Assembly (NCBI GenBank): GCA_035084275.1
Contig: CM068750.1
Span: 9,796,001-9,860,000, forward strand
Reading direction: 5' to 3'
DNA: 64,000 bases
From: Hydrolagus colliei
Lineage: Eukaryota
Shown: positions 39,601 through 54,020 of the stretch, piece by piece
How positions within the stretch are numbered: the stretch's first letter is position 1
Layout of the letters: the number at the start of each line of letters is the position of its first letter
Notes under the pieces: model-generated
The model's input: the letters and a program-made list of their open reading frames with translations, nothing else
The model's database searches: none
What the model was told of the DNA's origin: nothing
Program-made: the position numbers and the translations under genes

Positions 39601-41329
39601 CATATTAAGAAAAATTCCAGATATTCTATCACACATCAAAATATTAAATCTTTAACCAGTTTCCGACAGATACGTTGTACAAACAGTGCAGGATAAACAC
39701 CTTGTTTTGTACCAGATGCTTATGGGATATACATTTTTAAAAAAATCAAAACATTTGTGATGCATTTTTCACGTAGGTAAAATTCAGTTCACAAGCAATC
39801 CAGACAGTAAAGCTGTACTACATTAGTCACCTCCAGACAGGATCCAGCAACATTGATAAATACTGCTGATCTTTCCATCAAATGGGAGCTGGAAAGTCAC
39901 CACTGAACAAACAGAACACTATGCATCTAAAGTCATAAATTTCTAAAAGCTGACAAAAAAATATTGCAAGTTAATTCTTCAGGCTCCAGAATAAAATTCA
40001 TGCAGTTTGCACACTTTTGTCTTGGGGTAAAAAAATGTTGATGCATGGATTCACATGAGTGCTGATTTGCTGTTTAGCTGCTGAACTAAAGTAATACAGC
40101 TATGCTCAGTGAGTGTCATTCTATCCAGCAATAGAGGCTGAATTACCTGGGCTTTGATGTGCATTTTACTGTAAGTGTCTTGATATTCTGTTTCACACTA
40201 TTATTTTTTTCCCTCCTCAATTTTTCTAGATTCAAACTAAATTTTTAAGATACAGATGCGTGAACTTTATTATCAATAAATCCTTGGATTGGGCAATGAT
40301 CTAAAACCAAGCAACAGGGAAGAGACAAAAAAAATCTTACGACCAGGTCCGTGAACTATTACCCTTTTCCCTCTGCCATCAATATCCATAATTACAAAAT
40401 ACCAACAACTCCACATAGCTGATGCTTTCCAGTCACCAGGGATAATTGGTGGCATTGTTTCCACTTACTTTGAAAATCTCATTTGTCACGTAAATCTTAA
40501 ATGTGCAGATAAAATTGGGTCCGGACCATGTATTTCAGCCATTTTGTGGCCTATTTACCTGGAAGGATTGGATAGAGCGAGTACCCTTAAAAAAAATGTA
40601 AGATTCCAATACTTCCAGATAATATCCAGTAAAACAACAATTTCTGGGACACTGTGATGTGTGTTTTTACATGGCTTCAGCAAACCATCAGAGCTGAGAC
40701 TCTGATGCACAATTCTAGCAGTTTGGTTCAAGGCTTGCCCAGAACATTCGGAAATTAGATTTTTATAAAAATTAAATATTAACATGGATGCGGGATCCAT
40801 TTATTAATATAAAAAGGGATTGTGGGAAGCTCCGAGGCAGTCAAACAGATTCTCTGAGAGCTAGAAATGATGGGAACGAGACTAGTCTGATTCATATAAA
40901 CAAGCCAAGTTTATACTGTAGTGGGTGAATAAATGACACCACCAGGCTTCAGCACACTTGTGCAGCTCTGGTCTACATTTATACTGCATATTCTGCCAGA
41001 AATATAGCAGATTTGTTGCCAAAAGTGTAGCATAAATGGAGCATCGAGAAAGCAATACTATTATCTTTGAAAATAATATTTTCGATCAGTATAATATACT
41101 TGTATGCAACCTCAAGGTTTCTTGTTTACGTTCTATATCTTGCTCACTCTTTGATACAAGTGATGAAGATAGCGGTGTTTGGCACTGCCTGATGGAGCGC
41201 TTCATCCTCCATAGTCGGGGCCTAATCCATATTGATTTTTGTGATAGAAGGCCGCTCTGGACGGCCAGGCAACATCTAACACACCACAAAGCGCCTGTAT
41301 ACTGTGGGCTGGACATTCTGCAAACCCAC

Positions 41330-41865
41330 ACCCCTCCCCTGAGTGACTAAGATAACAAAATCACTACTTGAGGACACCAACGCCTGTTCCATGATGGATA
41401 GCATTGCTTTGTCCCTGGCTGGATCTCTGCTTTGTTTCATGAGGTCAAGAGCCATCAATTCTGAACACAGCCCTGATCCTCCAAAGCCTACCTTGCAGTC
41501 AGTTCAAACAACACAAGCACACAAAGCCGCCAAAGGTTGAAGAAACTCAGCGTTGACTCCAGGTTCTGTGCCTTCACCTGGGTGATCATTCTTTGAACAC
41601 TTCAATATTAAAAGGAGTAGGTGGATACACCACTTAACTGACTTTTGGCATCTAACACTTCATATGTACATAAACTCTGAGGTAGTTTCTTTTACGTCTT
41701 CCCCCAAACCCCGCATTTTCAAAGCACCTCTCAGGACATGTCTTGTTGACCATGCTTTTTGACATCTCACGCTCTAAGGCTTTGGTGCCCAGCCAGCAAT
41801 GTAAAATGCTCAGAGATTTCCTTCCAATGTGAAACACGCTGCATAAATGTAAATTGTATGGTAGT
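41330..41865 (+). mobile_element. Degenerate L2-like RT piece followed by an L2 3' end
   Basis: LDLCFVS*GQEPSIL resembles the RT motif LDLSAAFDTVDHSIL. TTTCAAAGCACCTCTCAGGACATGTCTTGTTGACCATGC and the TGTGAAAC...TAAATGTAAATTG tail are L2-like. Confidence 0.5.
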
Positions 41866-44069
41866 TGTATACAATTACAGTTTGTTACACTTATGCAAAA
41901 ACCCTGGAGTCTTCCTGGCTCCTGGAAAAAGGTCTCAGTTGCCTTCTGAATACAGGTGCACGCTATACCTTGTCAGTGTCCCAGAAACATCACCTCCTAG
42001 TGTTTTGAATAAACCAGTGGACAAAGTTGATAGCTGCTGTCATTTTTTACTACCACTTCAGTTAGTCACTGAAGATCCCTTTACTACAACCTCTCTAAAC
42101 AGCCCAAACCTCCATGTACACTGCTCCCAATAGGCCTATAAATCCTTATCCCAGGATAGGGTCATCTTCAGTTTGTCCTTGTTTGCCTCTCACCTCTCTT
42201 TAGTCCTATTCCTTTTTTTAATAGGATGCTGACTGCAACAATGGCAGAGATAGCATGCTTCATCCATAAATATCAGTCCCTTCCACTTTACAGCTATGAC
42301 GTAGAATGCCACATAATTATTTAGCATTAATATATTGCAGCACAACTATCTGATGATCCTCAATAATCGCAAACATTTTTCGAAAGCCGTGACATTAATG
42401 ACTTAACACTCTGTAAAACCTAGGTCAAAAAATCAAATAAAAGTAAATAGTGTTCAGTACATCCAATGCCTGGGTTGACATAAACTGAAATGGCAAAAAG
42501 GTAGTGTTATAACTGCTGCCAAACCAAATATCAGCACCATAACTTTTTATGAATCATGACAAAAACATGAACAAAGATTTCATTTTATACACTTTCATTG
42601 CTTGGCAATTGCCACGCAACTGTGACCTCAGCCATTTTAGACAAATACACAAGATGAATTTAATCTAGCCCATATAAAGGCTCTCATTTGATCTCACTTA
42701 TGTTGCATTTCACTCTTAACCTCCACTTTTCTCATCATAACTTCACACTAGTACTTGCACCTTTATACTGCAGAGTTAATATAATATTATATACCCAAAT
42801 CGACCCAACTTCTTATGTACCATTAATACTCTTTACCTCAGTTGTAGAAATGTCAATTCTCAACACAGAACTAATTTTATGCAACATTGAAACTATCACT
42901 TTAGAAATGATTGAGCCCAACACAATAAATTGTTGGCATTTATTTTCAAATCAACCTTTTCAAATTAACATATTTATTGTACACAGATTAATGTTAAATA
43001 CCCATAGAAAAGCAGCAAAATCATCATTTAATATCTTACCAAAGGAAACACAAACCAAAAATGCAAGTGGCTTACAGAATTAACAAAATACAATTTGATT
43101 TTGTGCCTTCCTTCAAAAATGATTGTCAAATTCAGATAGGCATATTGCAGTAACACGATATGAAAATAGTTAAAAAGCCAGTATGCCTTGTGTTTAACAA
43201 CATTTGACAATCAATTTAACTTGTCTTTAATGTAAACATAGGTGCATAATGTTATACCAAAGAATGGATCACACACAGTCAAAATAAACTTCTATCCCTT
43301 TTTGCAGACTGCACATTAGTCATCCTACTCTATTTGAAGTAACTAGTTTAAGTCAGAGTACTGACAATTCCCTACTTCAATGCCTGTGTCTATAGGCATT
43401 ACACTAATTGAGACCAACATCTGAAATAAATTACTCATTTGGACAAAACACTGCAGTATAAGAAACAGGTATGGAGGCATTGAACTGCAGCTCATTCCAA
43501 ATTCAGCAGCCTGCATTATAATTTTTTTTATATTACTGATGCTTGAGTGTCTTTGGACCAAAAAGAACAAGAATTCCGATATTTGCTACTGGCAGCACAG
43601 AAATGGAAATGATCCCTCTCCCCATCACAAATACGCAGATCAACACTTTAAATAAACAATGGATTCTGATATTGGGGAAACTGGTACTAGATAAGGTCAT
43701 GAAGACTCTTGTTAATGTGAACACCTAAGTGTTGCGGAGGGGGATTAGTTTCTTAACTCCAGAAAAGTACATGACCACTTGTAAAGATGCAATACACCAA
43801 ACTATTTTGTCCACTTGTACTTGCACAAAAATAAGTTTGCCCTTTGTAATAAAAGAGCAGTCAATGAAAAAGGAAACTGCAGCTTAATTAGAATCAACAA
43901 GAATGGAAGCTTGAAATAAGTCAATGTAAAAAACCAAAAAGGTACAATTACACTTAAAGTAGCATAAAATAAGAACTTACACAAAGTATGTCATTGACTC
44001 AATAATGACAGTTTTTATAATCAATGTCAAAGAATGGAGACACTCCGAACAGTTTTAAGTCCATGTGTA

Positions 44070-44153
44070 TAGATCAGCCATGATCTTATTGAATGGTGGG
44101 GCAGGCTCGAGGGGCTGAATGGCCTGCTCCTGCTCCTAATTCATATGTTCTTA
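44070..44153 (+). mobile_element. CR1-type 3' UTR terminus
   Basis: GATCAGCCATGATCTTATTGAATGGTGGGGCAGGCTCGAGGGGCTGAATGGCCTGCTCCTGCTCCTAATTCATATGTTCTTAT. Confidence 0.8.
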
Positions 44154-44939
44154 TACACTCAATGGCTCACTAATTGTAAAAAAAACTTTAATCTGGAACT
44201 AAATAAAAATAGAGAAGCCAACATATGTGTAGCTACTGATTACTTCACCCACCATTTCCACAATGTTACGTTTACTGCAGTTAAAGCTAAATTGGATTTT
44301 ATTCTCCCAATCTTCTAATCTAAGTACTGTATAAGGTGACTTTATGAAGGGTTGCAAATGAGTTAAAGCTTACAAACTTCACTATGAAAAGTTTTCCGAT
44401 GCAGAAAGAATGAGATGTTTACAGTAAAAGGAACTGTATTTGAAAAGCTGACAAATAATAAAATTAGGTGAAAGAAATATTGATTGGTAGGTAGTAAGAA
44501 CACACTGGATGTAAATATGCACAGATGACTCCAAAACAGAAACCTTGTATGTTTGTCTGTCATCTGATATTATTTGTTTTGATGAATTATGTTTCTGTGT
44601 GGCAAAGGGGCTGAAGGAGCACCAAATACAAAGTACTGTATATGTAGATTTATCTGTAGTGGAATCAGACTGCTGAATTCACCATTACCAATTGGGATGT
44701 GTATGGCACTACCCTTACAGATCATTGTGGAATCTTTTTTTTAGAAAAAAACATCATTCAGTGTGTGACATTATATTCATGTTTCACCACCTCCATAAAA
44801 TTGAGGTCAGCATATTTTTCTTAATGTTGACTTCCAATATTTACTGTACATCACATGCCCTTAATGTACACTTCACCTCATTGAGTCAGTCTTTAACTTT
44901 GGCATCTTGTTTGACTCTCAACCTTTCTACCCCATATCC

Positions 44940-45565
44940 TTGCCATGACCTGCTCTGCCTTCCCCAGCTGTTCAACATCACCCAGCTCCACCACTGTATC
45001 ACACCGCAGGCTGCCGAGACCTTCATACATACATTCATAACATCCAGTCTTGACTATGCAAACTCCCTGCTTGTCGCCCCCACCCAACTCCTCCCTCCAT
45101 AGGCTGTATCCTCTCCTACACCAAGCTATGTGACCCTATCGCCCTCATCCTCGCCTGACTCCACTGACTTCCCATCACACAGAGGATACAGTTCAAAATC
45201 CTGGTCCTCACCTTCAAAGCCCTATATACCTTTGCTCTCCCTTACCTTTGCGACCTACTAACCATCTACCAACCTGCCCGCTCCCTCCGCTCAGCTTCAT
45301 GCCTCTACTTCACCTGCCCTACCATCATCGGGCAGGCCTTTAGCCATTCTGCCCCCACCCTCTGGAACTTCCTACCAGCGTCCATCTGAGTTGACCCTTC
45401 AAGACCCATTTACAAAACCATCTTCTTGGATTGTGCCTTCGATCATCCTCCCTCCCTCCCCCCTCCCCAATCTCAACTCCTATCTTGGGTCTGAAACACT
45501 GATTGTCCAGCACCTTGGGAGGTCCTCCCAATGTGAAAGGAGCTATACAAACGTAATCTTGTTGA
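44940..45565 (+). mobile_element. L2 LINE 3' end
   Basis: AAETFIHTFITSSLDYANSLL and IQFKILVLTFKA motifs, then the L2 tail. Confidence 0.9.
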
Positions 45566-48243
45566 TGTAGCAGAACTTTTATTTGCACAATCCAAAGTAC
45601 AGTACCATCATAAACAATTGTAAGCATACTCTTATTGTCCCTAAAGAAACAAAAATATTTAGATGTATTCTTTTAAAGTGACCACTATACAAGTACACAT
45701 CTGAATTTCTTCAAAAAAATTTCTTCAGATTACGATACAAACCGATATTCTCTGTATACGTTATATGGAAAAATAAATGGAAAAACTATGATATACGTAC
45801 ACTAAATCTGATGGTTAAAAGTTCTACCCGTTTTCTTTTGTAAATTATTGTAGTCCAGATTATACATCTGAATTTATTTATGTGTAAGTGAAGAGATACA
45901 CAATTTTACTCGAATTTTACTCGACAAAATTAAACTTGCAGAGGGTCTTACCAATCCACTATTAAAACAAAAATAGCCCTTTTAAATATTTCAACATCAA
46001 TAATATTGCTATTTTCCAAGCAAATATGTTGTGGCCCAAGAGTTGTTTTCACATTCAGGAGGGAAAGAAACCCTACATGAAATATTTACAAGACAATACA
46101 GTTTTCCTGTGAAGATCAAAGGCAAATTGCACTGTAATGACTATTAGAATGTTACAGCAATGATTTCTTATGAAAATATACTTTCAGTAGCTTGTAGCTA
46201 ATATCATTTAAAAAAGAAAAATTTAGAATTAATTTACATTTTTCAATAGTGATAGTCAATGATGCTTTAAATTCATCAATGATGGGTTGTTTAAAACTTT
46301 TAACTATGAATGGCTTTGAATGAAACCATACAAAAATGGCCAGGGTAATTTAATCTCTGTGAAAATTACCATTACCAAACAAGAACAATTTGAAATGAGA
46401 AGTAAGAAGGTCAATGCTGAACCATTTTGACAATTCCAAGTGGTCAATGATTATAACATACGACATTAGAAACCTTAACCTACCCACATGAGTGATAAAT
46501 GAGGCATTTTGTGCCATTACATTCCCATAAATCACTTCAGTCAACTGCTGACGGCTTTTATCAGATATAACCTTTTCAAGCTTCTATTTGACTGCTAACA
46601 TTTTCAACTTTGACACATGTGCAGTTTACAAATTCCGCAGCTGATTAACTCTGGACAGCAGTTGACTGCTTCAAGGTGGTTAGAACTTCATATTCTCAAA
46701 TGGATCTAAACATATCTTAAAAACAGTACCGATTCCAACCCCCCTCCTACTTTGCTTTCGCTCGACAAAATTCCTATCTGCTGCCTTTAAAATCATTGTG
46801 ATTTCTTTTACAGTACATAACAGCAGCCAACATAATATTCAATACACCATAGAGATCTTGATTTTAGTCATGTGAATACTGTAAGCCTAGTACTTCAGAT
46901 GACATTAGTTTTGATAAGGTCTAACTAGACATCAAAACTAAGTAATGAAACCTGAGCAGACACACACACAGACAAGAGACGTAGGAAGATCAGCACAGAC
47001 ACTATTGCAACCGATAACCTCTTTATCATAGAAGCCACATATTCAAAATTGTTGCGCTGGGAACACTTCCCCATAGCATCAGTCCTCATATCTCTTTCTG
47101 CTGACATCTTTTGACGTGCAGCTCATAAGGAATTTGCAAGCTGTGCAGTAATAATTTGACAATTGAGATGTAAATACTAAGATGTGAAGCATGAATTCTT
47201 GAAAAGAGTCCTCTTTATTACCTAAAACAAAGGACACACATTTCCAGGGTCAACATCAGAGGATTGATAGATGATGACACACTGATCTCAGGCCACAGAA
47301 GGTAATCGAATGGTCACTGGATACATTAAAGTGGTCCGTTTTGATGGTAAGGAAAGGGACAACAGCAAATAACAAAGTGATTACTGTGATAAAAATCTAT
47401 AAAACATCTATTTACACATTTAAAATTCAGCTGCATGTGAGGATAATTTTTATGCAATTCTGATGGTTAGTAAGATAGATAACTCAATTAGCAGGACATC
47501 TATCAAAATATTTGGATGCAAGAAAGGAAACCAAAAAGATTGATGGCTGAGAAAGTTCACTGATTCCCTTGTCGTAATATTCATGTATTGGACCCGATAG
47601 CATTTTTGTGCTGCCTTTCACAAGCAAAGCTTCATTACCCATCACTCTACTGAAAGGATTTCATTCCGAGGCTACCATTTCCCCCAAAACTATTGTTTTG
47701 ATGATGAATTCTAGGAGGATCTGTGCTTAAGCATTAAGGAAATGAAGATCTTTTTATGTTGAGCAAATACTATCAACATTTCTAATCAGCACTTATTTGA
47801 CAGATTAAAATAAGGATCAATTAACCCTATCATGTGACAGTAGGCGTTAGATCTCCTTAATTTGCATTAAAAAGAACAACAAAATGGCCTTTGGATAACT
47901 GCCAGATAGACACTGGTGTCTTTATCTCTAACTATGCATTTTGTTCCATCAGAAGTTACATGTTTATATACATGTTTAAAATCAAATACCCATCTTTGCA
48001 ATTTTTGCCTTTGACATAGCGCCTTATCACATTATTGAGTATTGTAAAATGGATTGACAGTGTATTTTGTGGGAAAAATAAAATGTAAATAAATTAATTT
48101 AATTATAAATATAAATGTAAATAACCAATGAAAAAAAACAGAATGATCATCTAGAAAATCCTTTTCTTCACATTTTAGACCATTAAAAATTCCAATCTTT
48201 AAATCACAAAAGAATGGGAATTGTGGTTCAACAAGAGAATACC

Positions 48244-48602
48244 GGAGTCCAGACACTTAGTGGTTAGATCACTCACCCCTTAAGCGAGAGGACCAGGCTG
48301 AAGAGCAGGGCAGAACATAACCTCCTAAATTTTCTTAATCTACACACCTCTGTTTACCTAGCAGTAAGTAGGAACCCAGTTGTTAGTTGATTGGCAGATT
48401 GCTTTTCCGGGGGGAATAATCTCTCTCAAAAAATGTGGTCACTCAATCCATGACTGTTTGTGGGACACTGCTGTGAGCAATTGGCCATCGCATTTCGCCC
48501 ACAAAATATACAGTTCAAATCACTTCAGAGTATATTCCACAAAGCTCTTTGAGATATCTCGAAGATGTGGTAAGGCTCTATATCAAATGCAAGGATTTTA
48601 TT
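48244..48602 (+). mobile_element. tRNA-derived Deu-type SINE, full length, diverged head
   Basis: GTTTGTGGGACACTGCTGTGAGCAATTGGCC...CTATATCAAATGCAAGGATT. Confidence 0.85.
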
Positions 48603-49554
48603 TACAAGAAAGACAGTATGATAGTTTGTATCATTATAATGACGACATTTTTCAGAAGCTAACATGTATAAAGCGGCAAGCATACAGAACAGTACTTGTC
48701 CAGCTCGGACAGTCCAACCTAAGCCTTTTCTCGCAGAGTTGAGGACCTTCTACATCTGCCTTGGATTACTGCACATCTCCTCCCAGCCAGTTCAGCCTCG
48801 GGGAGACCCCCTGCCTCTCCCTCTTTCTACCTCCCACCTGAGGATTATTTTTAGATATGGTACTCATTTTACTTCCAGGTGAAGAGGCTGAGTGAGTCCA
48901 GTGGAATTCGAACCCATAGCCTTCTGGTCCCAATTTTAACCAACTGGGTATGTTGAAATATGTACATTTACCATTAAAGCATTATTCAAAATCATTTTGC
49001 TTCCTGAAATCATTATTTTTCCTACATTGCTATTAAATTTTTTTTTTTTTTTAATACTCAAAACATTGTTACGTATTTGAGAATTCTCAGGTTCACTTAT
49101 CTTCATGTAACCAATCCAGCACAGAGTCTTTGCTTCAATTTGTTTTCAAGCTTTCATATCCATGAAAATTAGAGTTAGACAATGAGCATTTTAAGATATA
49201 TCTTGCTCAACCTAGGCTGCAGGTTGAGGGCTATGTATAATCACCATCATAATAGAGTTGCTGGAGGTATGGGAACAAATGTAGAGGTGATATATGTTGA
49301 TTAGACAATTTTAAAGTTAATGAATGTGAAACGCTCACAAAATTCCTTTGCTTTATGCTTCTTATGCCTTCTAAAACCTCTTATAAGTTTCTTTGGCTAT
49401 GCTTTTGATCAATATCCCCAAATTCCCTATTCTTCATATTTCCTATCCTTTTTATAAAGTGTATTGAGACGATCATTCTACATGAATGAGTTTGTACAAG
49501 TGTTGGTTGCAGTCCTTTAATGGGAGTAACAGACCTGTCCACTCCCTCTGGGCA

Positions 49555-49852
49555 GTAGACTCTAACCTGCTTCATGTCTCTCGCCCGATCCACTTTCAGC
49601 TTCTTTGCCCCCACGCTTTAGAACTCCATCCCATAATCCCCTCGCCTTGCTCCATCCCTTGCCTCCTTCAAGGCTGGTCTCAAGACCCTCCTTTTCGACC
49701 ATGCCTTTAACCACCCTTCTACTTCTCTGTCCTCCCTCATCCCAATCCTGCCCACTACCCCCCACACTTGGGTCCTGACCCCTGACTGTTCAGCACCTTG
49801 GGAAGTCTTCCCGATGTGAAAGGCAGTCTACAAATGTAATTTTGTTGCTGTT
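49555..49852 (+). mobile_element. L2 LINE 3' end
   Basis: CCTTCAAGGCTGGTCTCAAGACCCTCCTTTTCGACC...ATGTAATTTTGTTGCTGTTG. Confidence 0.88.
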
Positions 49853-52800
49853 GTATTAAGATTATAGAGACGTAATTGCAGATGATACATTTTATGACCA
49901 CAAAAAGCATTTATTGCAAGGTGGGGGATGAGACACATAATACAACAATTGTTAAAAACTCATATGCAATAGCACCGCACTAAAACAAAATAATCGCACA
50001 AGGCAGACATTGCTTCAAGTTAAGCATTAAATAAGAAATGTACATATTTCAACACTCGGTCAGTTAAGCACCAGAATTGGAACCTGAAGGTTATGGTTTG
50101 ATGTTACATTGGGCTCACACAGTCCTTCAATGGCAGAAAAATTGACCACCATGCACAATATTGTAATTTAAATTGTAAACATTATAGGCATTCTTAAGTA
50201 CTCAAGGAGGTATCATGCATAGGGTTCCACATACTGTACATACTAGAGGAAATAAAGTAGCTATCCAATCAAGAGAAAAGGCTTATGTCATCCTTTACTT
50301 TCAAAAGTTAACCTGCCATCATGTCTATATGAAATGATGCGGTGGAGGAAGCCTCAAGGAACAATCTTTAACTGTTCTTGAAGAAACGTGATTTCAACAA
50401 TGAAGAATGCATTCAAAATGTCAGATGTAAATGTCAATTAAAAATTACATAGAGTTCTGAATCGTACGGTCTGGAGGTTGACATTCTTTGACATAGCAGA
50501 GTGTCTGTGACCAGGCCTTTGGCAAATTCAATGGGATCTACGCTGTCAGCTCATATTGTACAGAAACTCAGATGCTTGTCTAATCTGAATGAAAAATAAC
50601 ATGAAAATTGGAGCTGAAGCCTTGCAGTTATGCTGATGGAGGCTGAAGGCGTTTTCTGTATCATGTGACAGCTTCAACTGATGGGACTACATTAAGAAGT
50701 GTGCGGCACAAATATGAGCTGAGGGAGAAACAGGGAAAAAAGCCAAATTTTCACTCTAAGAAATATTGCCATTTTAGCATTGAATCCTGTAAACGTTGCC
50801 ACATCCTTTTTGGATACATGAAGGAAATTGGCCTGCCAAAGCAAGGCTACAATTTGTAGCATCTCCTATCTAAACAAATGCAACATATTTCCCAATTCTC
50901 CATAACAAGATAGGCTAAAAGAGTAAACCAGTGATTGAATCAAGCGTTCAACAAGAATCAATTCATTATTTGTTTGATCCAACTGTCATTAACATTATTA
51001 ATTATTTCAGTGTGGTGCCTAATGAGGAAACAGTCTATGATTCATGACAGTCGAATCCTATTTTCATTACTTCATTACTAAATTGTTTTCTATACAGCTT
51101 GCATTTAATTTATCACAAAAAGCAGGAATTGTTTTGGTGGATCATCCAGGAACTCCTGCCATCTGGCACCCTCTTTAGTTCACAGCTACACAATGCAATT
51201 CCCTTAAATGGGCTCAAATCTACCTCAGCAGTCTATGGAAAAGTAAACAGAAAATCTGTCTCTGACCTATGATGGGTGAGCATTTGGAATCCCTTCTTAT
51301 TTTAACTCCAAGTACTGGAGGACTGGCTTAGGCAGAAATTAATACTATAATGACAAATAATGGGAATAACCTCATGCCCCGGAATGCTTTTCACGTCATC
51401 TAACTATTTCCTGCCCCATGATTGGAGGCGACAAAACATTCTTAAGAATTGACATCCTTGAAATGTGTGTCTACACTTTTTCCAGTGCTGACTGAACATT
51501 TATCAAGCATTCGCCAATTCTGATTGAAAATTAATAGTATTGCGATTGTTTTTTTCACCCGGGCTGCCAATAATACAGCCTTGGACTGACCTACAGTCCC
51601 ATGGTACTATTCTAAGGTCAGATCCTGCCAGCATTACACCAGTGTGTCAAAATATGTCAACAAACCATCCGCACTACAGGAAGAAGAATGACCTTTCAAT
51701 TCTTCATGTATGGAGTGCCAATAAAGTCAACAGAGGCTGGGTATGCATGAACAGTTTCCCAAGCAGCTTGACACTCACAACTTCTAAGGTTTCCCCAGTG
51801 TATTTTGCCAAACCACAAATTTAAAATACTGCTCGTCCAACTTTCCATAACCCAACACATCTATATAAGTATGTCAGATTCCAAAAACCTTTCATTCAAC
51901 GTATTTCAATTTGTGCCAACTTAAACTAAAAGATCGAAGGCTGTCTTAATTAAGTTGGCTCCACTACTACAGTTCAAAATTCAATGCATTTAGTGAAAAG
52001 TATTGCACTCTTCAGGACAGTCAGTTCTCATGTTAGCACAAAAGCAATGTGCAACTAGTGTTCTGCATATGGCACATAATTAAATTCTTGCACTAGATTT
52101 ATGTGACATTAAAAAAGAACTGAAGCTTTGGTACCACTGTAGAAATATTTAAAAATGTGTACAAATGAAACTGAAGAATTTCTTTGAGCATTCTAGAACT
52201 GTTGGAAGATTAATTCTTGAGGCAAAACAATACCCAAAAATTAAGAAACTGATGGAGTCCTGTTATGAATTACCAATCATTAAATTGAGAACTGGCATGC
52301 AATCAAAGCAATCAAAACAATATTAACACTGAGGATTTAACATGCAAGCCTCAACAAAGAGATTTGGAATAGTTTTTTCCTTTGGAAGTTACAGTGCTGT
52401 GCCAGAGAGCGCAGTGAAGCTCACACAAAGTTATCTTTGGGAAAATACTCTTCCAGTCAGAGAAATGTACCCACAAACAGCAACAAGTGGAAACTTGGGA
52501 GTTGCACTTGCAGACATTTCATCTATTTAAATTAATGTTGAAAATGTTTCTCCCAGAGGCAGAATACACAAACGACCATTAGCCATAACTATATTGAAAA
52601 CAACAATTAAAGCATTTAATTAATGATGCAAACTAATTAAGCCGGGAAATCTACAAGTTTGTATAATCTCTGAGGCGGCAATTCTGAGATCTGTCTGTAG
52701 ACTTCCAGAGGAGTGGAAGAAGGTATTGAAAAGCCTGCATTCAGAAATAACATTTGCAGCAATATTATTAATGCTGTAACCATAACTATCATTGTATTAT

Positions 52801-53324
52801 CCAAGGAGAGAGAAACAAGCAAATGATTTGCCCCACAAAGTTATCCTAATTTTCAGGGAGTCCAGTGGCCCAGTTTGTACAGCATTACTGGACTCAAATC
52901 TCACTGATCCTGGATCTTGAAGGCTGATGATGGAAATATTGACTTGCGATTCTAAAATTACCATACTACAGCATTCCCGAAGAGAAACTAACTACAAAAC
53001 TTGACAAAATGGTGAAACGTTATGAATTAGTATGAATCGGGTCAAAATATTTATTTTTAAAGCACTCCATAAGTACAGCTCAGCAAATACTGAACAGTGC
53101 AAATTTCTTATAATAACAACAAAAACATAGATCCACCAAAACTCACTTCCATGGCCTCCTATCCAATACATTTTCAAAGGAGGGCAAGCCTCTCATTTTG
53201 GTGGATAACAGAATTTGGGATAGCAACAAAGCAGAATTTGAATATCTCAGATGGCCTCAGCTTTATATAAAAAAAAGCAGTCACTGATTCCATTGGTATT
53301 GTTCCCTATCAGAATGCAACTAAG

Positions 53325-53490
53325 ATAATAATGATAATAATCCTTGCATTTGCTTTATCGCCTTATCACTTAGTTGATGTGAGCGCTTCAAGATACGCTA
53401 AAGTGGATTGATTGTCTGTGTATTTTTGTGGGTGAAATGTGGCAGTCAGTTGCACACAACAATGTCACACAAATAGCCATGGAAGTGACC
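53325..53490 (-). mobile_element. SINE 3' half
   Basis: AATAATCCTTGCATTTG...TGTGGGTGAAATGTGGCAG. Confidence 0.8.
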
Positions 53491-53657
53491 TGATAAAGGA
53501 TTTAGAAAGCTTAATGCTGATCCTACACACACAGTACTTAACCAATAGTCATCTCTCAGCTTGGATGTGACCTGTCCCCACTTTTATTTCATGTACCAGG
53601 AAACTTGTTAACTGCTCATTAGACCCTCTTTGAATACCTTATCGAAACTGGTGTCTT

Positions 53658-54020
53658 ATAATAAGAATACTCCTGGCATTTGATACAGTGCTTTATCACA
53701 TCTTCTGGACATCTCAAAGTGCTTCACAGAATATACTGTAAAGCGTATTGATTGTATATTTTGTGTACGAAACACAACAGACAATTGCACACAGCAGTGT
53801 CCCACAAACAGTCGTGGATTCAAGTGAACAATTCTTTTTTTTGAATTGTTACACCCGAAAAATCAATCTGGCAATCGACGAACATCAGGTTCCTACTACT
53901 GCTCTATAAGCAGAAGTGTGTGGAGGAGGAAACTGTAAGGCCCAAAATTTCACCTTGCCAGGAATCAAACCCAAATGTTTCACTTGTGAGGCAAGTACTG
54001 TAACCACTGAGCTATAGGAG
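53658..54020 (-). mobile_element. tRNA-derived Deu-type SINE, full length
   Basis: Same family as 48244-48602; head GGAATCAAACCC...TAACCACTGAGCTATAGGAG. Confidence 0.88.

Noticed and set aside
40627-40918. Possible third Tigger-type MITE (CAGTAAAAC...TATACTG|TA with a central ATGGAT/ATCCAT hairpin)
   Set aside because: TIR match is poor and there is no left TA duplication; insufficient support.
41036-41540. Overlapping ORFs as a hidden gene or retrocopy
   Set aside because: Short, interrupted in all frames, no recognisable family; best explained as a decayed LINE.
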